From NCBI GenBank assembly GCA_035450185.1, contig DAOTMG010000010.1:2216-66215 (forward strand): DNA of 64,000 nt. The letters run 5' to 3'. Below are positions 52,105 through 61,412 of this stretch, piece by piece. The DNA comes from Syntrophales bacterium. Its GTDB lineage: Bacteria > Desulfobacterota > Syntrophia > Syntrophales > UBA2192. How positions within the stretch are numbered: position 1 is the stretch's first letter; each line of letters starts with the position of its first letter. The translations under genes and the position numbers were made by a program. Below the pieces are notes generated by a model. That model searched no databases, was not told the DNA's origin, and saw only the letters and a program-made list of their open reading frames with translations.

Positions 52105-54609
52105 ATGGCCAGAGAAGCACGAACACCAGCAGAACTGCCCATCGAGAAACTGCGTTGGATCTGTGATCCGGAATCGCTGGGTTTTGAAACAACGCTCGAC
52201 TGCGAAAAGTCGGACGGCATCATCGGGCAGGAAAGGGCGCGCAGGGCGATCGTCATGGGTCTGGGGATCTCGAGCCCGGGGTACAACATCTATGCCTCCG
52301 GTGTGGAGGGGACGGGAAAACTCACCACCATCAAGAATCTTCTCAATCAGATCGACCTCAAAAAAAAGATTCCCGACGACATCTGTTACGTGAATAATTT
52401 CAGGGACCCGGACATGCCGCGCGTGATCACACTGCCGGCAGGCCAGGGAAAGAAATTCCAGACGGACATGGATGAATTCCTGACTCACCTCCGGAAGGAC
52501 TTCCCCCTTCTCTTTGAAAGCGACGAGTTCAAGAAGAGCTCCGAGGCCATCATCAGCGAATTCCGCGCCCGACAGAAGGAGATCATCAAGGAATTCAATG
52601 AGCGGGTTCAGAAGGAAAACTTCCAGCTGGTCCAGTTTCAAGTCGGCCCCTTCATGCGGCAGGACATCGTTCCCGTTTTCGAGGGAAAGCCGGTGCCCGT
52701 GGAACAGCTGGAGGAACTGGTCGAACAGGACAAATTCAACAGGGAAGATCTGGAAAAAATCAAGAAAACGCTTCTGGAGCTTCGCCTGGAGCTGGATTCC
52801 GTGATGCGGGAGACCCGTGACATCGAGCGGGAGATGCGCGTCCAGCTGGGGGCCCTCGAGCACAAATACGGCCTTCCCGTGGTCAGCGGTCTCCTGTCCG
52901 ATATGCGCGTCCGGTACGGTTCCCAGAACGACAAGATCAACGGTTACCTCGACGAGGTCCAGGAGCACGTCCTTTCGAACCTCAAGGCCTTTCAGGACAA
53001 GGAGGAGGAACAACAGCAGCAACAGCAGGTGCCTCCCTTCATGATGCCCCCGACGGGCGCGAAGAAATTTATCGAATACAGGGTCAACATCCTCGTGGAC
53101 AACTCCCAGACCGACCGGACGCCCGTCGTCATCGAGACGGCGCCGACGTACAAGAACCTGTTCGGCACCATCGAACGGGAAATCGATCGATTCGGGTACT
53201 GGAAGACCGACTTCACCCACATCAAGGCGGGCTCCCTCCTGCGTGCCAACGGGGGGTACATCGTGTTCGACGCCCTCGAGGCCCTCATTGAGCCCGGGGT
53301 ATGGCCTTTTCTCAAAAGGACTTTGAAAAGCGGCGTCCTCAACATGACGCCCTATGACCCCTTCAACCTGGCCGTTTTCGCCCTCAAACCGGAGTCCATC
53401 CCGCTGGACGTCAAGGTCATCATGCTGGGTGACGACTACCTTTACCACCTCTTTTACAACCTCGAGAGGGACTTCAAGGAAATTTTCAAGACCAAGGCCC
53501 ACTTCGACACGGAGATGCCCAACACGGGGGAGAACATCCACGAATTCGCCTGCCTGGTCAAACGGATCATCGAAGAGGAGAAGCTCCTGCCCTTCGATAA
53601 AAAGGCCGTGGCGGCCATTATCGAATTCGGCGTCCGCCTGGCCGGACGGCAGAAGAAGCTGACCACGAGGTTCAGCGACATCGCCGATCTTGTCCGTGAA
53701 GCGAGCTACTGGGCCGCGACGGAAGGACACTCGCTGGTCACGGACCGTGACGTCGACAGGGCCTACGATGAAAAGATCGGCCGTCTTAATCTCATCGAGG
53801 GGAAAATACAGGAGATGATCGAAGACGGCACGATCATGATTGACACGGACGGCGGGGTCGTCGGACAGGTGAACGGCCTTTCCGTTTACGATATGGGGGA
53901 CTATGCCTTCGGAAAACCGTCCCGGATCACGGCCAAGACCTCCATGGGCCGGGCGGGGATCATCAACATCGAGCGGGAAGCCAAACTCTCCGGCAAGACC
54001 CATGACAAGGGCGTCCTGATCCTCGAGGGATATTTCCGGGGAAAATACGCCCAGAACAAACCCCTCACGGTGAGCGCCAGCATCTGCTTCGAGCAGTCTT
54101 ACGGGGGCATTGACGGGGACAGTGCGTCGTCGACCGAGATATACGCAATCCTCTCCAGCCTGGCGGACCTGCCGCTGAGGCAGGATCTCGCCGTCACGGG
54201 CTCCGTGAACCAGAAAGGCGAAGTGCAGCCCATCGGGGGTGTCAATCTCAAGATCGAGGGTTTCTATGATGTCTGCCGGTCCAAGGGTCTCACGGGGAAA
54301 CAGGGGGTGATGATCCCTGCTCTCAATATTCCGGACCTCATGCTGAGAAAGGATGTGGTCAAGGCCGTCTCCGAAGGTCGGTTCCACATCTACCCCATTC
54401 GTACCATCGATGAAGGGATATCGCTCCTCACCGGCGTGCCGGCCGGCGAAGCCGACAAGCAGGGAAACTACCCTGAAAGTACGGTCAATGCACTTGTCGA
54501 CAGGAACCTCCGGTCCCTCGCGGAGGGGCTGAAGGCCTTTGCGGAGGAGGGAAAACCGCAAAGATCGGCCGAGGAAACAAACAACCAGAACCAAAAGAAA
54601 GGGGAGTAA
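52105..54609 (+). CDS. Lon-like protease with degenerate AAA-like module and coiled-coil insertion (LonC-like)
   Basis: C-terminal Lon S16 proteolytic domain (VNGLSVY..., GIDGDSASSTEIYAILSSL catalytic Ser, PIGGVNLKIEGF Lys). The N-terminal P-loop-like GVEGTGKLT has Leu where Ser/Thr is expected, and the Walker B-like YIVFDALE has DA instead of DE. An approx 200-aa charged helical insertion includes a Q6 run. Confidence 0.8.
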   Translation: MAREARTPAELPIEKLRWICDPESLGFETTLDCEKSDGIIGQERARRAIVMGLGISSPGYNIYASGVEGTGKLTTIKNLLNQIDLKKKIPDDICYVNNFRDPDMPRVITLPAGQGKKFQTDMDEFLTHLRKDFPLLFESDEFKKSSEAIISEFRARQKEIIKEFNERVQKENFQLVQFQVGPFMRQDIVPVFEGKPVPVEQLEELVEQDKFNREDLEKIKKTLLELRLELDSVMRETRDIEREMRVQLGALEHKYGLPVVSGLLSDMRVRYGSQNDKINGYLDEVQEHVLSNLKAFQDKEEEQQQQQQVPPFMMPPTGAKKFIEYRVNILVDNSQTDRTPVVIETAPTYKNLFGTIEREIDRFGYWKTDFTHIKAGSLLRANGGYIVFDALEALIEPGVWPFLKRTLKSGVLNMTPYDPFNLAVFALKPESIPLDVKVIMLGDDYLYHLFYNLERDFKEIFKTKAHFDTEMPNTGENIHEFACLVKRIIEEEKLLPFDKKAVAAIIEFGVRLAGRQKKLTTRFSDIADLVREASYWAATEGHSLVTDRDVDRAYDEKIGRLNLIEGKIQEMIEDGTIMIDTDGGVVGQVNGLSVYDMGDYAFGKPSRITAKTSMGRAGIINIEREAKLSGKTHDKGVLILEGYFRGKYAQNKPLTVSASICFEQSYGGIDGDSASSTEIYAILSSLADLPLRQDLAVTGSVNQKGEVQPIGGVNLKIEGFYDVCRSKGLTGKQGVMIPALNIPDLMLRKDVVKAVSEGRFHIYPIRTIDEGISLLTGVPAGEADKQGNYPESTVNALVDRNLRSLAEGLKAFAEEGKPQRSAEETNNQNQKKGE

Positions 54610-54614
54610 GGCCT

Positions 54615-55043
54615 ATGACTCATCGGAAGCAAGCGGCTGTCGCAATCATTCTGCTGGCGTGCTGTTTGACCCTGTACGGGTGTCCCGTGCTGCTCGTCGG
54701 GGGGGCTGCCGTCGCCGGGGGAACGGGCACCTATTATTACGTCGAGGGCGAACTCAAGAGGGATTACTACTACCCGTTCGACAAGGTCTGGAGCGGCTGT
54801 GAAAAAACCATTGCGGACCTGCGCGGATACGACGTGAGGCCCCGGAAGGATGAGGGTATGGGTCAGGGCAAGATCAGCGCCGTGATCGAGGAGGAAAAAG
54901 TCCAGATCTCCGTCAAGTACAGGGGAAAAGATTCCACCGGGAAAGACATCACCACCGTGAGTGTCCGGGTAGGCTTGATGGGAAATGAGTTGTCATCCAG
55001 ACTCATACACGACAAGCTTGCTGAAAATCTGACCATGAGCTGA
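54615..55043 (+). CDS. DUF3568-like lipoprotein
   Basis: Lipobox LTLYGC|P. The mature protein begins VLLVGGAAVAGGTGTYYYVEGEL, typical of DUF3568. It starts 5 nt after the protease stop. Confidence 0.65.
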   Translation: MTHRKQAAVAIILLACCLTLYGCPVLLVGGAAVAGGTGTYYYVEGELKRDYYYPFDKVWSGCEKTIADLRGYDVRPRKDEGMGQGKISAVIEEEKVQISVKYRGKDSTGKDITTVSVRVGLMGNELSSRLIHDKLAENLTMS

Positions 55044-55102
55044 CAGAGACGTCGACCGAGAGCCGCAACGCAGCCTGCTCTCCGGTTGTTCATGATGTAA
55101 CT

Positions 55103-56467
55103 ATGTACAAAACGATCCTGGTTGTCGATGATGAAGAAAGCATCTGCCGGTCCCTGGAGGGAATCCTGTCCGACGAGGGATACGAAGTCCTGACGGCCAA
55201 AAGCGGCGAGGAAGCCCTGAAAACGATCGAGGAGGAACAGCCGGACCTCATCCTGCTCGACATCTGGCTTCCCGGGATAGACGGAATCGATGTCCTGAAG
55301 AACGTCAAACAGGAGCATCCCCAGATCCAGGTCATCATGATGTCCGGACACGGGACCATTGAAACCGCCGTGAAGGCCACAAAACTCGGTGCCTTCGACT
55401 TCATCGAAAAGCCCCTGTCACTGGAAAAGGTCGTCCTCATCGTCAATCATGCCCTTGACTTGATACGGCTGGAGGAGGAAAACAAACTCCTCAAGATGAA
55501 AGCCCACAGCGATTACGAGCTGGTGGGCCAGAGCAAGGCCGTCAAGGATCTCAAGGAGATCATCCAAATCGTCGCTCCCACCAACGCCTGGATTCTCATC
55601 ATGGGAGAGAACGGCACGGGGAAGGAACTGGTTGCCCGGTCCATCCACCTGCAAAGCCGGCGGGCCAAAAGAACCCTGGTGGAGGTGAACTGCGCCGCCA
55701 TTCCGGAGGAGCTCATCGAAAGCGAGCTTTTCGGTCATGAAAGAGGGGCCTTTACCGGTGCCACGACGAAGAAAAGGGGGAAATTCGAGCTGGCCCATGA
55801 GGGAACGATCTTTCTGGACGAAGTGGGCGACATGAGCGCAAAGGCCCAGGCAAAAATCCTGAGAATCCTCCAGGAAAAGAAATTTGAACGGGTGGGAGGA
55901 ACCAAGATCCTCGAAACGGATGTGCGGGTTCTGGCGGCATCGAACAAGGATCTTGAAAAAGAGATGGAAGAGGGCCGCTTCCGGCAGGACCTGTACTACC
56001 GCCTGCACGTGATCCCGCTCACCATCCCGCCTCTTCGTGAAAGAAAGGAAGATGTCCAACCGCTGATCGAGCACTTCATCAAGACCTTCTGCACAAAGGA
56101 GGGAATCGCGCCCAAGACGATGACCGACGAGGCCGTCAGCCGCATGATGGAACACAACTGGCCGGGGAACGTGAGAGAACTGAAAAACATCATCGAGCGC
56201 CTGGTGATCATGTCCCCGTCGGAGATCATCACCGCCAGAGACATCCCCCCGTTCGTCCGGGAAGGAGAGACGTCGAATGACAACCGTGCGGTGTTCGCCC
56301 ATCAGTCCTACAGGGACGCGAGAGTGGATTTTGAAAGACAGTTCATCACCCGGAAGCTGGAGGAAAACGAGTGGAACGTGTCCAAAACAGCGGACGCCAT
56401 CGGCCTCGAGCGAAGCAACCTCCACAGGAAAATAAAATTACACGGCCTGGAGGCCAAGAAAGATTAA
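55103..56467 (+). CDS. sigma-54-dependent response regulator (NtrC/NtrX family)
   Basis: Receiver domain (ILVVDDE...DLILLDIWLPGIDG...MMSGHG), AAA+ domain (GENGTGKE, GAFTGA, IFLDEVGDM, DLYYRL), and a Fis-type HTH at the C-terminus. Confidence 0.95.
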   Translation: MYKTILVVDDEESICRSLEGILSDEGYEVLTAKSGEEALKTIEEEQPDLILLDIWLPGIDGIDVLKNVKQEHPQIQVIMMSGHGTIETAVKATKLGAFDFIEKPLSLEKVVLIVNHALDLIRLEEENKLLKMKAHSDYELVGQSKAVKDLKEIIQIVAPTNAWILIMGENGTGKELVARSIHLQSRRAKRTLVEVNCAAIPEELIESELFGHERGAFTGATTKKRGKFELAHEGTIFLDEVGDMSAKAQAKILRILQEKKFERVGGTKILETDVRVLAASNKDLEKEMEEGRFRQDLYYRLHVIPLTIPPLRERKEDVQPLIEHFIKTFCTKEGIAPKTMTDEAVSRMMEHNWPGNVRELKNIIERLVIMSPSEIITARDIPPFVREGETSNDNRAVFAHQSYRDARVDFERQFITRKLEENEWNVSKTADAIGLERSNLHRKIKLHGLEAKKD

Positions 56468-56617
56468 AAGTTGAGAAGGCAAGAACCTGATTGGGACGAG
56501 GGCCCTTCGAAAACGAGACGGGTCTTTTCCTTTCTACCCTGAACGCCGACCTCTGGACCCATCGGCTGTTCAATCTAAACTTCACAACTTCTTTGTCCTC
56601 ATCCCATACCCGATACC

Positions 56618-57592
56618 CTATACCCGATTCCCCATATTTACTTTGTACCACTCGACCGTTTTTTCCAACCCCTGCCGAAAGCCGGTTTCAGGTTCAAAAC
56701 CGAGGACGGTTCTGGCGAGAGAGATATCGGCCATGGAGTGCCGGACATCCCCCTTCCGGGCATCGGCAAAGTTCGGCTTCAGCCTCTTGCCCGTGATGGA
56801 CTGAAGCTCCCGGAGGAGTTCCAGCAGGCTGTAACGCCGTCCGCAGGCGATGTTGAACGCGGTCCCCAGGGCCTCTTTCCGGGCGAAACAGGCCCCGAGA
56901 TTGGCCTTCACCACATCGTCCACATGGGTAAAATCCCGGGTCTGCCTTCCGTCGCCATAGATGACGGGCGGCCGGTTCTGAAGGAGTGCTTCAATGAACT
57001 TCGGGATCACGGCGGCGTATTCCGACGCAGGATCCTGCCGCCGGCCGAAGACATTAAAATACCGGAGGGATACCGTTTCGAACCCGTAGAGGCGGAAAAA
57101 GAGCCTGCAATAGTATTCCCCCGTCAGTTTGCTCGCCGCGTAAGGTGAAAGCGGGTTCGGCTTCATGTGTTCCGAGTTGGGCGTGACGGTATCGATCTCG
57201 TCCCCTCTTCCGGCCTCGTCACCGTAAACGGACGAAGAACTGGCGTAAACGAGCCTTTTGACTCCCGCATCCCTCGATGCGACGAGCAGGTTCAGTGTGC
57301 CTGTGGCGTTGACGTCGTTCGCCAGCAGGGGGTCGTCGACGGATCGCGGCACGGATGCCAGGGCCGCCTGATGGACGACGTAATCCATCCCTCTCACCGC
57401 CTTGCGGCAGGTGCCGACATCCCGTATGTCCCCCTCGATAACCTCTACGGCGTTTCGGACGTCGAACGAGAGGTTTTCCCTCCTGCCGGTTGAAAAATTG
57501 TCGAGCACACGGACCTTCTCTCCCCTGCGGAGAAGATGCTCCACGATGTTGGAACCGATGAATCCCGCTCCTCCGGTCACCAGATATGCCAT
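56618..57592 (-). CDS. NAD-dependent epimerase/dehydratase (UDP-sugar 4-epimerase, WbpP/TviC-like)
   Basis: MAYLVTGGAGFIGSN Rossmann motif, YxxxK (YAASKLTGE), and SDR-extended pattern. ATG 57592 is preceded by GGGGAG. The tracked longer ORF overlaps the kinase gene. Confidence 0.85.
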   Translation of the reverse strand: MAYLVTGGAGFIGSNIVEHLLRRGEKVRVLDNFSTGRRENLSFDVRNAVEVIEGDIRDVGTCRKAVRGMDYVVHQAALASVPRSVDDPLLANDVNATGTLNLLVASRDAGVKRLVYASSSSVYGDEAGRGDEIDTVTPNSEHMKPNPLSPYAASKLTGEYYCRLFFRLYGFETVSLRYFNVFGRRQDPASEYAAVIPKFIEALLQNRPPVIYGDGRQTRDFTHVDDVVKANLGACFARKEALGTAFNIACGRRYSLLELLRELQSITGKRLKPNFADARKGDVRHSMADISLARTVLGFEPETGFRQGLEKTVEWYKVNMGNRV

Positions 57593-57668
57593 AGACGCTC
57601 CCCGAGTTGAACAGAACAACTGCACGTTTCCCGAGACAAACACGGGAAAGACGGAACGACGATTCCTC

Positions 57669-59918
57669 TCAGTCAACGGGCAATTCGAAGGAAACGATCG
57701 TCCCCCTGGGGGTGTTGTCGGTCACACTGACACGCCCCCTGTGATCCGATATGATGGAGTTGACTATCGCAAGGCCCAGGCCGGAGCCCGACCTCTTGGT
57801 CGAATAATAGGGTTCGAAAATCTTCATCTTGTCGGCGTCCGTCACACCGCAGCCGTTGTCGATGACATCGACCCTGGCCTGCCGGCCCGTCCCGTCATAA
57901 TAGGTCTTCACCTCGATACGGCCGTTGTCATTGCCGACCGCCGCGACGGCGTTGTCCAGAAGGTTGACCATGACTCGCCGGATCTGTTCGGCATCGAGGT
58001 TCAACCGGGGTATATTCGAGTCTTCCTGAACATCAAAAATGACCCCCTTGTGGGCGTCCTGAAAGAGGACGACGGATTCTTTGACGACCGCGTTGAGATC
58101 GTTGAGGGTCCGCTGCGATACGGGCATCCGGGCGTACCGCGAAAATTCGTTCACCAGGTTCTTGAGAACATCGACCTGACTGATGATCGTCTTCGTACAT
58201 TCCGTGAAAATGGTCTCATCCTCACCGAGCCTGTCGGCGTACTTCCGCTGAAGCCTCTGCGCCGAGAGCTGAATCGGGGTGAGGGGGTTCTTGATCTCGT
58301 GGGCGATTCTGCGGGCCACCTCCCGCCAGGCGGCGACTCTTTCCGCGCGCTGGAGCTGGGTGATGTCCTCGAAAACGACGACCAGTCCCATATACTGGCC
58401 GTCATCATCGACGAGAACGCCGGTCGTCACCAGCAGAGTCAACGCGCGATCCTTGATATGGATGGTGATCTGTTTCGCCGTGATCTCCTCGCTGCTTCGC
58501 TGCATCTCCTCCAGGAAGACCTTGACCATCTTCATGTGTTCCGGTTTCAAGACCTCCTCGTATTTCCGGTTCAGGACCTTTTCGGTCTTGATGCCAAGCA
58601 TCCGTTCGGCGGCCCGGTTGATGGTCGTGATGGCCCCTTCCTTGTCGACGGCCACGACACCGGCTGAAACGTTCCTGAGGACGGTCTCCATGTACTTTCT
58701 GCGCTGATCGAGGTCGATGTTGGCCTGTTCGAGACTTTCTTTGCTTTTCTTCAGATCGCCCGTCATCCGGTTGAAGGAGTCCACGAGAACCCCGATCTCA
58801 TCGTCGGCTTCGACATCGATCCTGTAGTCCAGATTGCCCTGCGCCAGGGCCCGCGTCCCCTCCGCCAGGTCCTGGATCGGTTCCGTGATGCCCCTGGCCA
58901 GGTAAAAGCCGAACCAGGTCGCTGAAAAGATAATGAGAAGCGTCACCGCCAGAAGAATGATGACATAACTGGCCTTGATCGGGTTTTTGAGCAGCTTGAA
59001 CTGCTTGTATTCATCGGAAGTCTTCGATATGATGGTCATTTTGTCCAGAAGGCCCTTCGGCACAAAGTCATTGACCACGACGATACCGATGACCTCTTTC
59101 GGGCTGAGGCCGGAGTAAATCGGGGCGATGCCCCGTATGAAATCCCCCTTTTCGAAGGACTGGATCGCCGAGATTTCCCTGCCGGCCCGTACCTGATCTT
59201 TCTGTTTATCGGAGATCCCGATGCTGGGAATATCGGGATGCTCGGGATCCCGATAGACCATTTTTTCATTCTGTTGATCGAGAAAGATCTCGATCAGACC
59301 GAGTTTCAGGATCTTCTGTCTCTGCTCGATCAGTGTTTTGAGATAATCGGCCCGGCTTTTCTCGTAGAGCTTATTCCTCGTGATATCCGAGGAAATCTGC
59401 CTCGCGTAATCCTTGACATTCTCGGCCATCTGCTGCTGATAGCTCTGGGCCACATCCAGGGAGAGATTCAGCGCACTGCCCACTTTGATATCAAACCAGT
59501 TGTCGATGCTGGCGGACAAAAAGTTGATGGCGACGACAAAAAGCACAATGGTCGGGACAATGGTGAGTCCCACAAAAGCGGCCACAAGTTTCGTCCGGAG
59601 CTTGGCACCGAGGATGCCGTGACGACGCTCATAAACGAGTTTCACCACGTTCCGGACGATGAGGAAGATCAGCAGAATGATGAGGATGATGTTGATATTG
59701 ATCATCCCGAAGATGAGGACGTCCTGAAACCTCGGGATGACGGTCTCGCGGCTGGAGAGGTAGCTCATGATGAAGGTGAGGACCACGATGACCACCAGGG
59801 TCGCGAAGATGATCTTCCGCTCACGACGCCGTCTGCGGGCTTCGCGGTTCTCTCTCGGTTCAGCTTTTTCGTTCGCTCGATTCACCGGTTGATTCGCCGC
59901 AAGATATTTCGATGCCAC
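57669..59918 (-). CDS. NtrY-like sensor histidine kinase (multi-TM, HAMP, PAS, HisKA, HATPase_c)
   Basis: N-terminal 4 TM helices, HAMP (ITEPIQDLAEGTRALAQGNLD), PAS, H-box AWREVARRIAHEIKNPLTPI, N/G boxes (NLLDNAV, DNGCGV, GSGLGLAIV). GTG start. Confidence 0.9.
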   Translation of the reverse strand: MASKYLAANQPVNRANEKAEPRENREARRRRRERKIIFATLVVIVVLTFIMSYLSSRETVIPRFQDVLIFGMININIILIILLIFLIVRNVVKLVYERRHGILGAKLRTKLVAAFVGLTIVPTIVLFVVAINFLSASIDNWFDIKVGSALNLSLDVAQSYQQQMAENVKDYARQISSDITRNKLYEKSRADYLKTLIEQRQKILKLGLIEIFLDQQNEKMVYRDPEHPDIPSIGISDKQKDQVRAGREISAIQSFEKGDFIRGIAPIYSGLSPKEVIGIVVVNDFVPKGLLDKMTIISKTSDEYKQFKLLKNPIKASYVIILLAVTLLIIFSATWFGFYLARGITEPIQDLAEGTRALAQGNLDYRIDVEADDEIGVLVDSFNRMTGDLKKSKESLEQANIDLDQRRKYMETVLRNVSAGVVAVDKEGAITTINRAAERMLGIKTEKVLNRKYEEVLKPEHMKMVKVFLEEMQRSSEEITAKQITIHIKDRALTLLVTTGVLVDDDGQYMGLVVVFEDITQLQRAERVAAWREVARRIAHEIKNPLTPIQLSAQRLQRKYADRLGEDETIFTECTKTIISQVDVLKNLVNEFSRYARMPVSQRTLNDLNAVVKESVVLFQDAHKGVIFDVQEDSNIPRLNLDAEQIRRVMVNLLDNAVAAVGNDNGRIEVKTYYDGTGRQARVDVIDNGCGVTDADKMKIFEPYYSTKRSGSGLGLAIVNSIISDHRGRVSVTDNTPRGTIVSFELPVD

Positions 59919-60145
59919 GATCGCCTAAGCTGCATCGCATCCGGCATCATGGTTTATGGCAATACCCCCAATTGAGCCAATTGTCAACGCCCCGTTTTTC
60001 CTGAACATTTTTGCGCGATCGGTCTCTGCCGTGCGATGAACCCTCAACGGCCAGACCCCGCACCCGTCCGGATGGAAGGGGATACATAGGAAATCTCTCG
60101 AGTTTAAATACGAGGTGGATCAGGCGACCGAAAAGCGGGGGGATG

Positions 60146-61051
60146 TCAGGCGGGCTCAAAAGCAGAAGAGGCTTCCGACGTTTCTTTTCTGAAGTCTTCG
60201 TGACTCAGCATTTCCCAGCAGTCTTCTTTGGTCAGCAACTCCTTGAGAAGCTGGACATTGAGCTTGTGGCCCGACTTGTAGGCAACGAAGTGGCCGATGA
60301 TGGGCATCCCGAGCAGGTAGAGATCCCCGACGGCGTCGAGAATCTTGTGTTTGACGAATTCATTGGGGCAACGGAGCCCCTCTTTGTTGATGACTCGTTC
60401 ATGGTCCAGAACAATCGCATTGCTGAGGGACCCTCCCAGCGCAAGTCCCTTGGCCTGAAGGTACTCGACATCACGGAGGAAGCCGAACGTCCGGGCAGCG
60501 CAGATATCGCGTTCATAGGCCCCGTTCGAAAGAACGACATGATAAGACTGCCGGCCGACCGCCGGATGGTTGAAATCGATCTTGTAGGTGATCTCAAAAT
60601 GGGCCGAGGGCTTGAACATCGCCGTGCTCTCCCCATCGGATATGGAGATGGGTTTCCGGATCACGATGTATCTCTTGGCCTTGTCCTGGAGCTTTAATCC
60701 GCTGTCCCTGATCAGACTCACGAAGGGAAGGGCGCTCCCGTCCATAATCGGAACCTCAAAGGTGTCCACTTCCACGAGAGCGTTGTCCACACCCATCCCG
60801 TTGAAGGCCGACAGGAGATGCTCCACCGTCAGGACTTTCGTTCCGTTCATGCCGAGTGTCGTGGCCAGAGTGGTGTCCGTCACGTTGTGCACCGAGGCCG
60901 AGATGCGGTCGGAGTTCGGGATATCTTTGCGGACAAACACGATCCCTTCGTCGGTCCCCGCGGGCTTGATGGTCATGCCCACCTTTCGGCCGGAGTGCAC
61001 GCCGACGCTGAAGCACCGTATTTCCTGATTGAGGGTCTTTTGAAGATCCAT
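60146..61051 (-). CDS. lpxC: UDP-3-O-acyl-N-acetylglucosamine deacetylase
   Basis: QKTLNQEIRCFSVGVHSGRKV, TTLATTLG, VEHLLSAF, MDGSALPFV, FVKHKILDAVGDL, HKLN motifs. ATG 61051. Confidence 0.95.
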   Translation of the reverse strand: MDLQKTLNQEIRCFSVGVHSGRKVGMTIKPAGTDEGIVFVRKDIPNSDRISASVHNVTDTTLATTLGMNGTKVLTVEHLLSAFNGMGVDNALVEVDTFEVPIMDGSALPFVSLIRDSGLKLQDKAKRYIVIRKPISISDGESTAMFKPSAHFEITYKIDFNHPAVGRQSYHVVLSNGAYERDICAARTFGFLRDVEYLQAKGLALGGSLSNAIVLDHERVINKEGLRCPNEFVKHKILDAVGDLYLLGMPIIGHFVAYKSGHKLNVQLLKELLTKEDCWEMLSHEDFRKETSEASSAFEPA

Positions 61052-61084
61052 AAAAAATATCCTTCGTTTCGGCGGCTTCTTTAG

Positions 61085-61100
61085 AGCAAACCGTATGCCA
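61085..61100 (-). promoter_or_regulatory. sigma-54 (-24/-12) promoter motif immediately upstream of lpxC
   Basis: The minus strand reads TGGCATACGGTTTGCT (TGGCAT-N5-TTGCT, GG-N10-GC exact). Its 3' end is 33 nt from lpxC ATG 61051. Confidence 0.6.
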
Positions 61101-61412
61101 GGAACCCGTTCCCGGCGGGTCCCGCATGGTAATGTGCGCAAGTCTTTGTATTCATAAGTTATATCGACATATATCCGCAGTGTTCTTGGCAGTGACGCAG
61201 AGGCGGAATTCTTGTGGAATTGTGTTTAAAAAGACACACTTTTCAGGGAAGCCCTGTTTTTTTTGCAACGGCCCGGTAAATGCCTCAGAAGGCTGTTTCG
61301 GCTGTTGAAAAATGACCGGACGCAGGGCGCCCGGGACAGAAAGAAGGCAAGAGGCCCTGAAGCTGCGAAGTTCAATGACGCAACGATGCAGATGGTTTTT
61401 TTCGAGCAGCCA

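Noticed and set aside
51970-54594. Very long antisense ORFs covering almost whole genes. Examples: 874 aa opposite the Lon-like gene, 567 aa at 8934-10637 opposite the pilus ATPase, 516 aa at 12437-13987 opposite the secretin, 612 aa at 27171-29009, 465 aa at 43808-45205 and 447 aa at 15281-16624.
   Set aside because: In the two cases checked (opposite the Lon-like gene and the pilus ATPase) the antisense ORF is in exact codon register with the sense gene, so it stays open simply because the sense genes avoid TTA, CTA and TCA codons in this GC-rich genome. The translations are Arg/Gly/Pro/Asp-rich low-complexity sequence with no motifs, while the sense strands carry unmistakable conserved domains.
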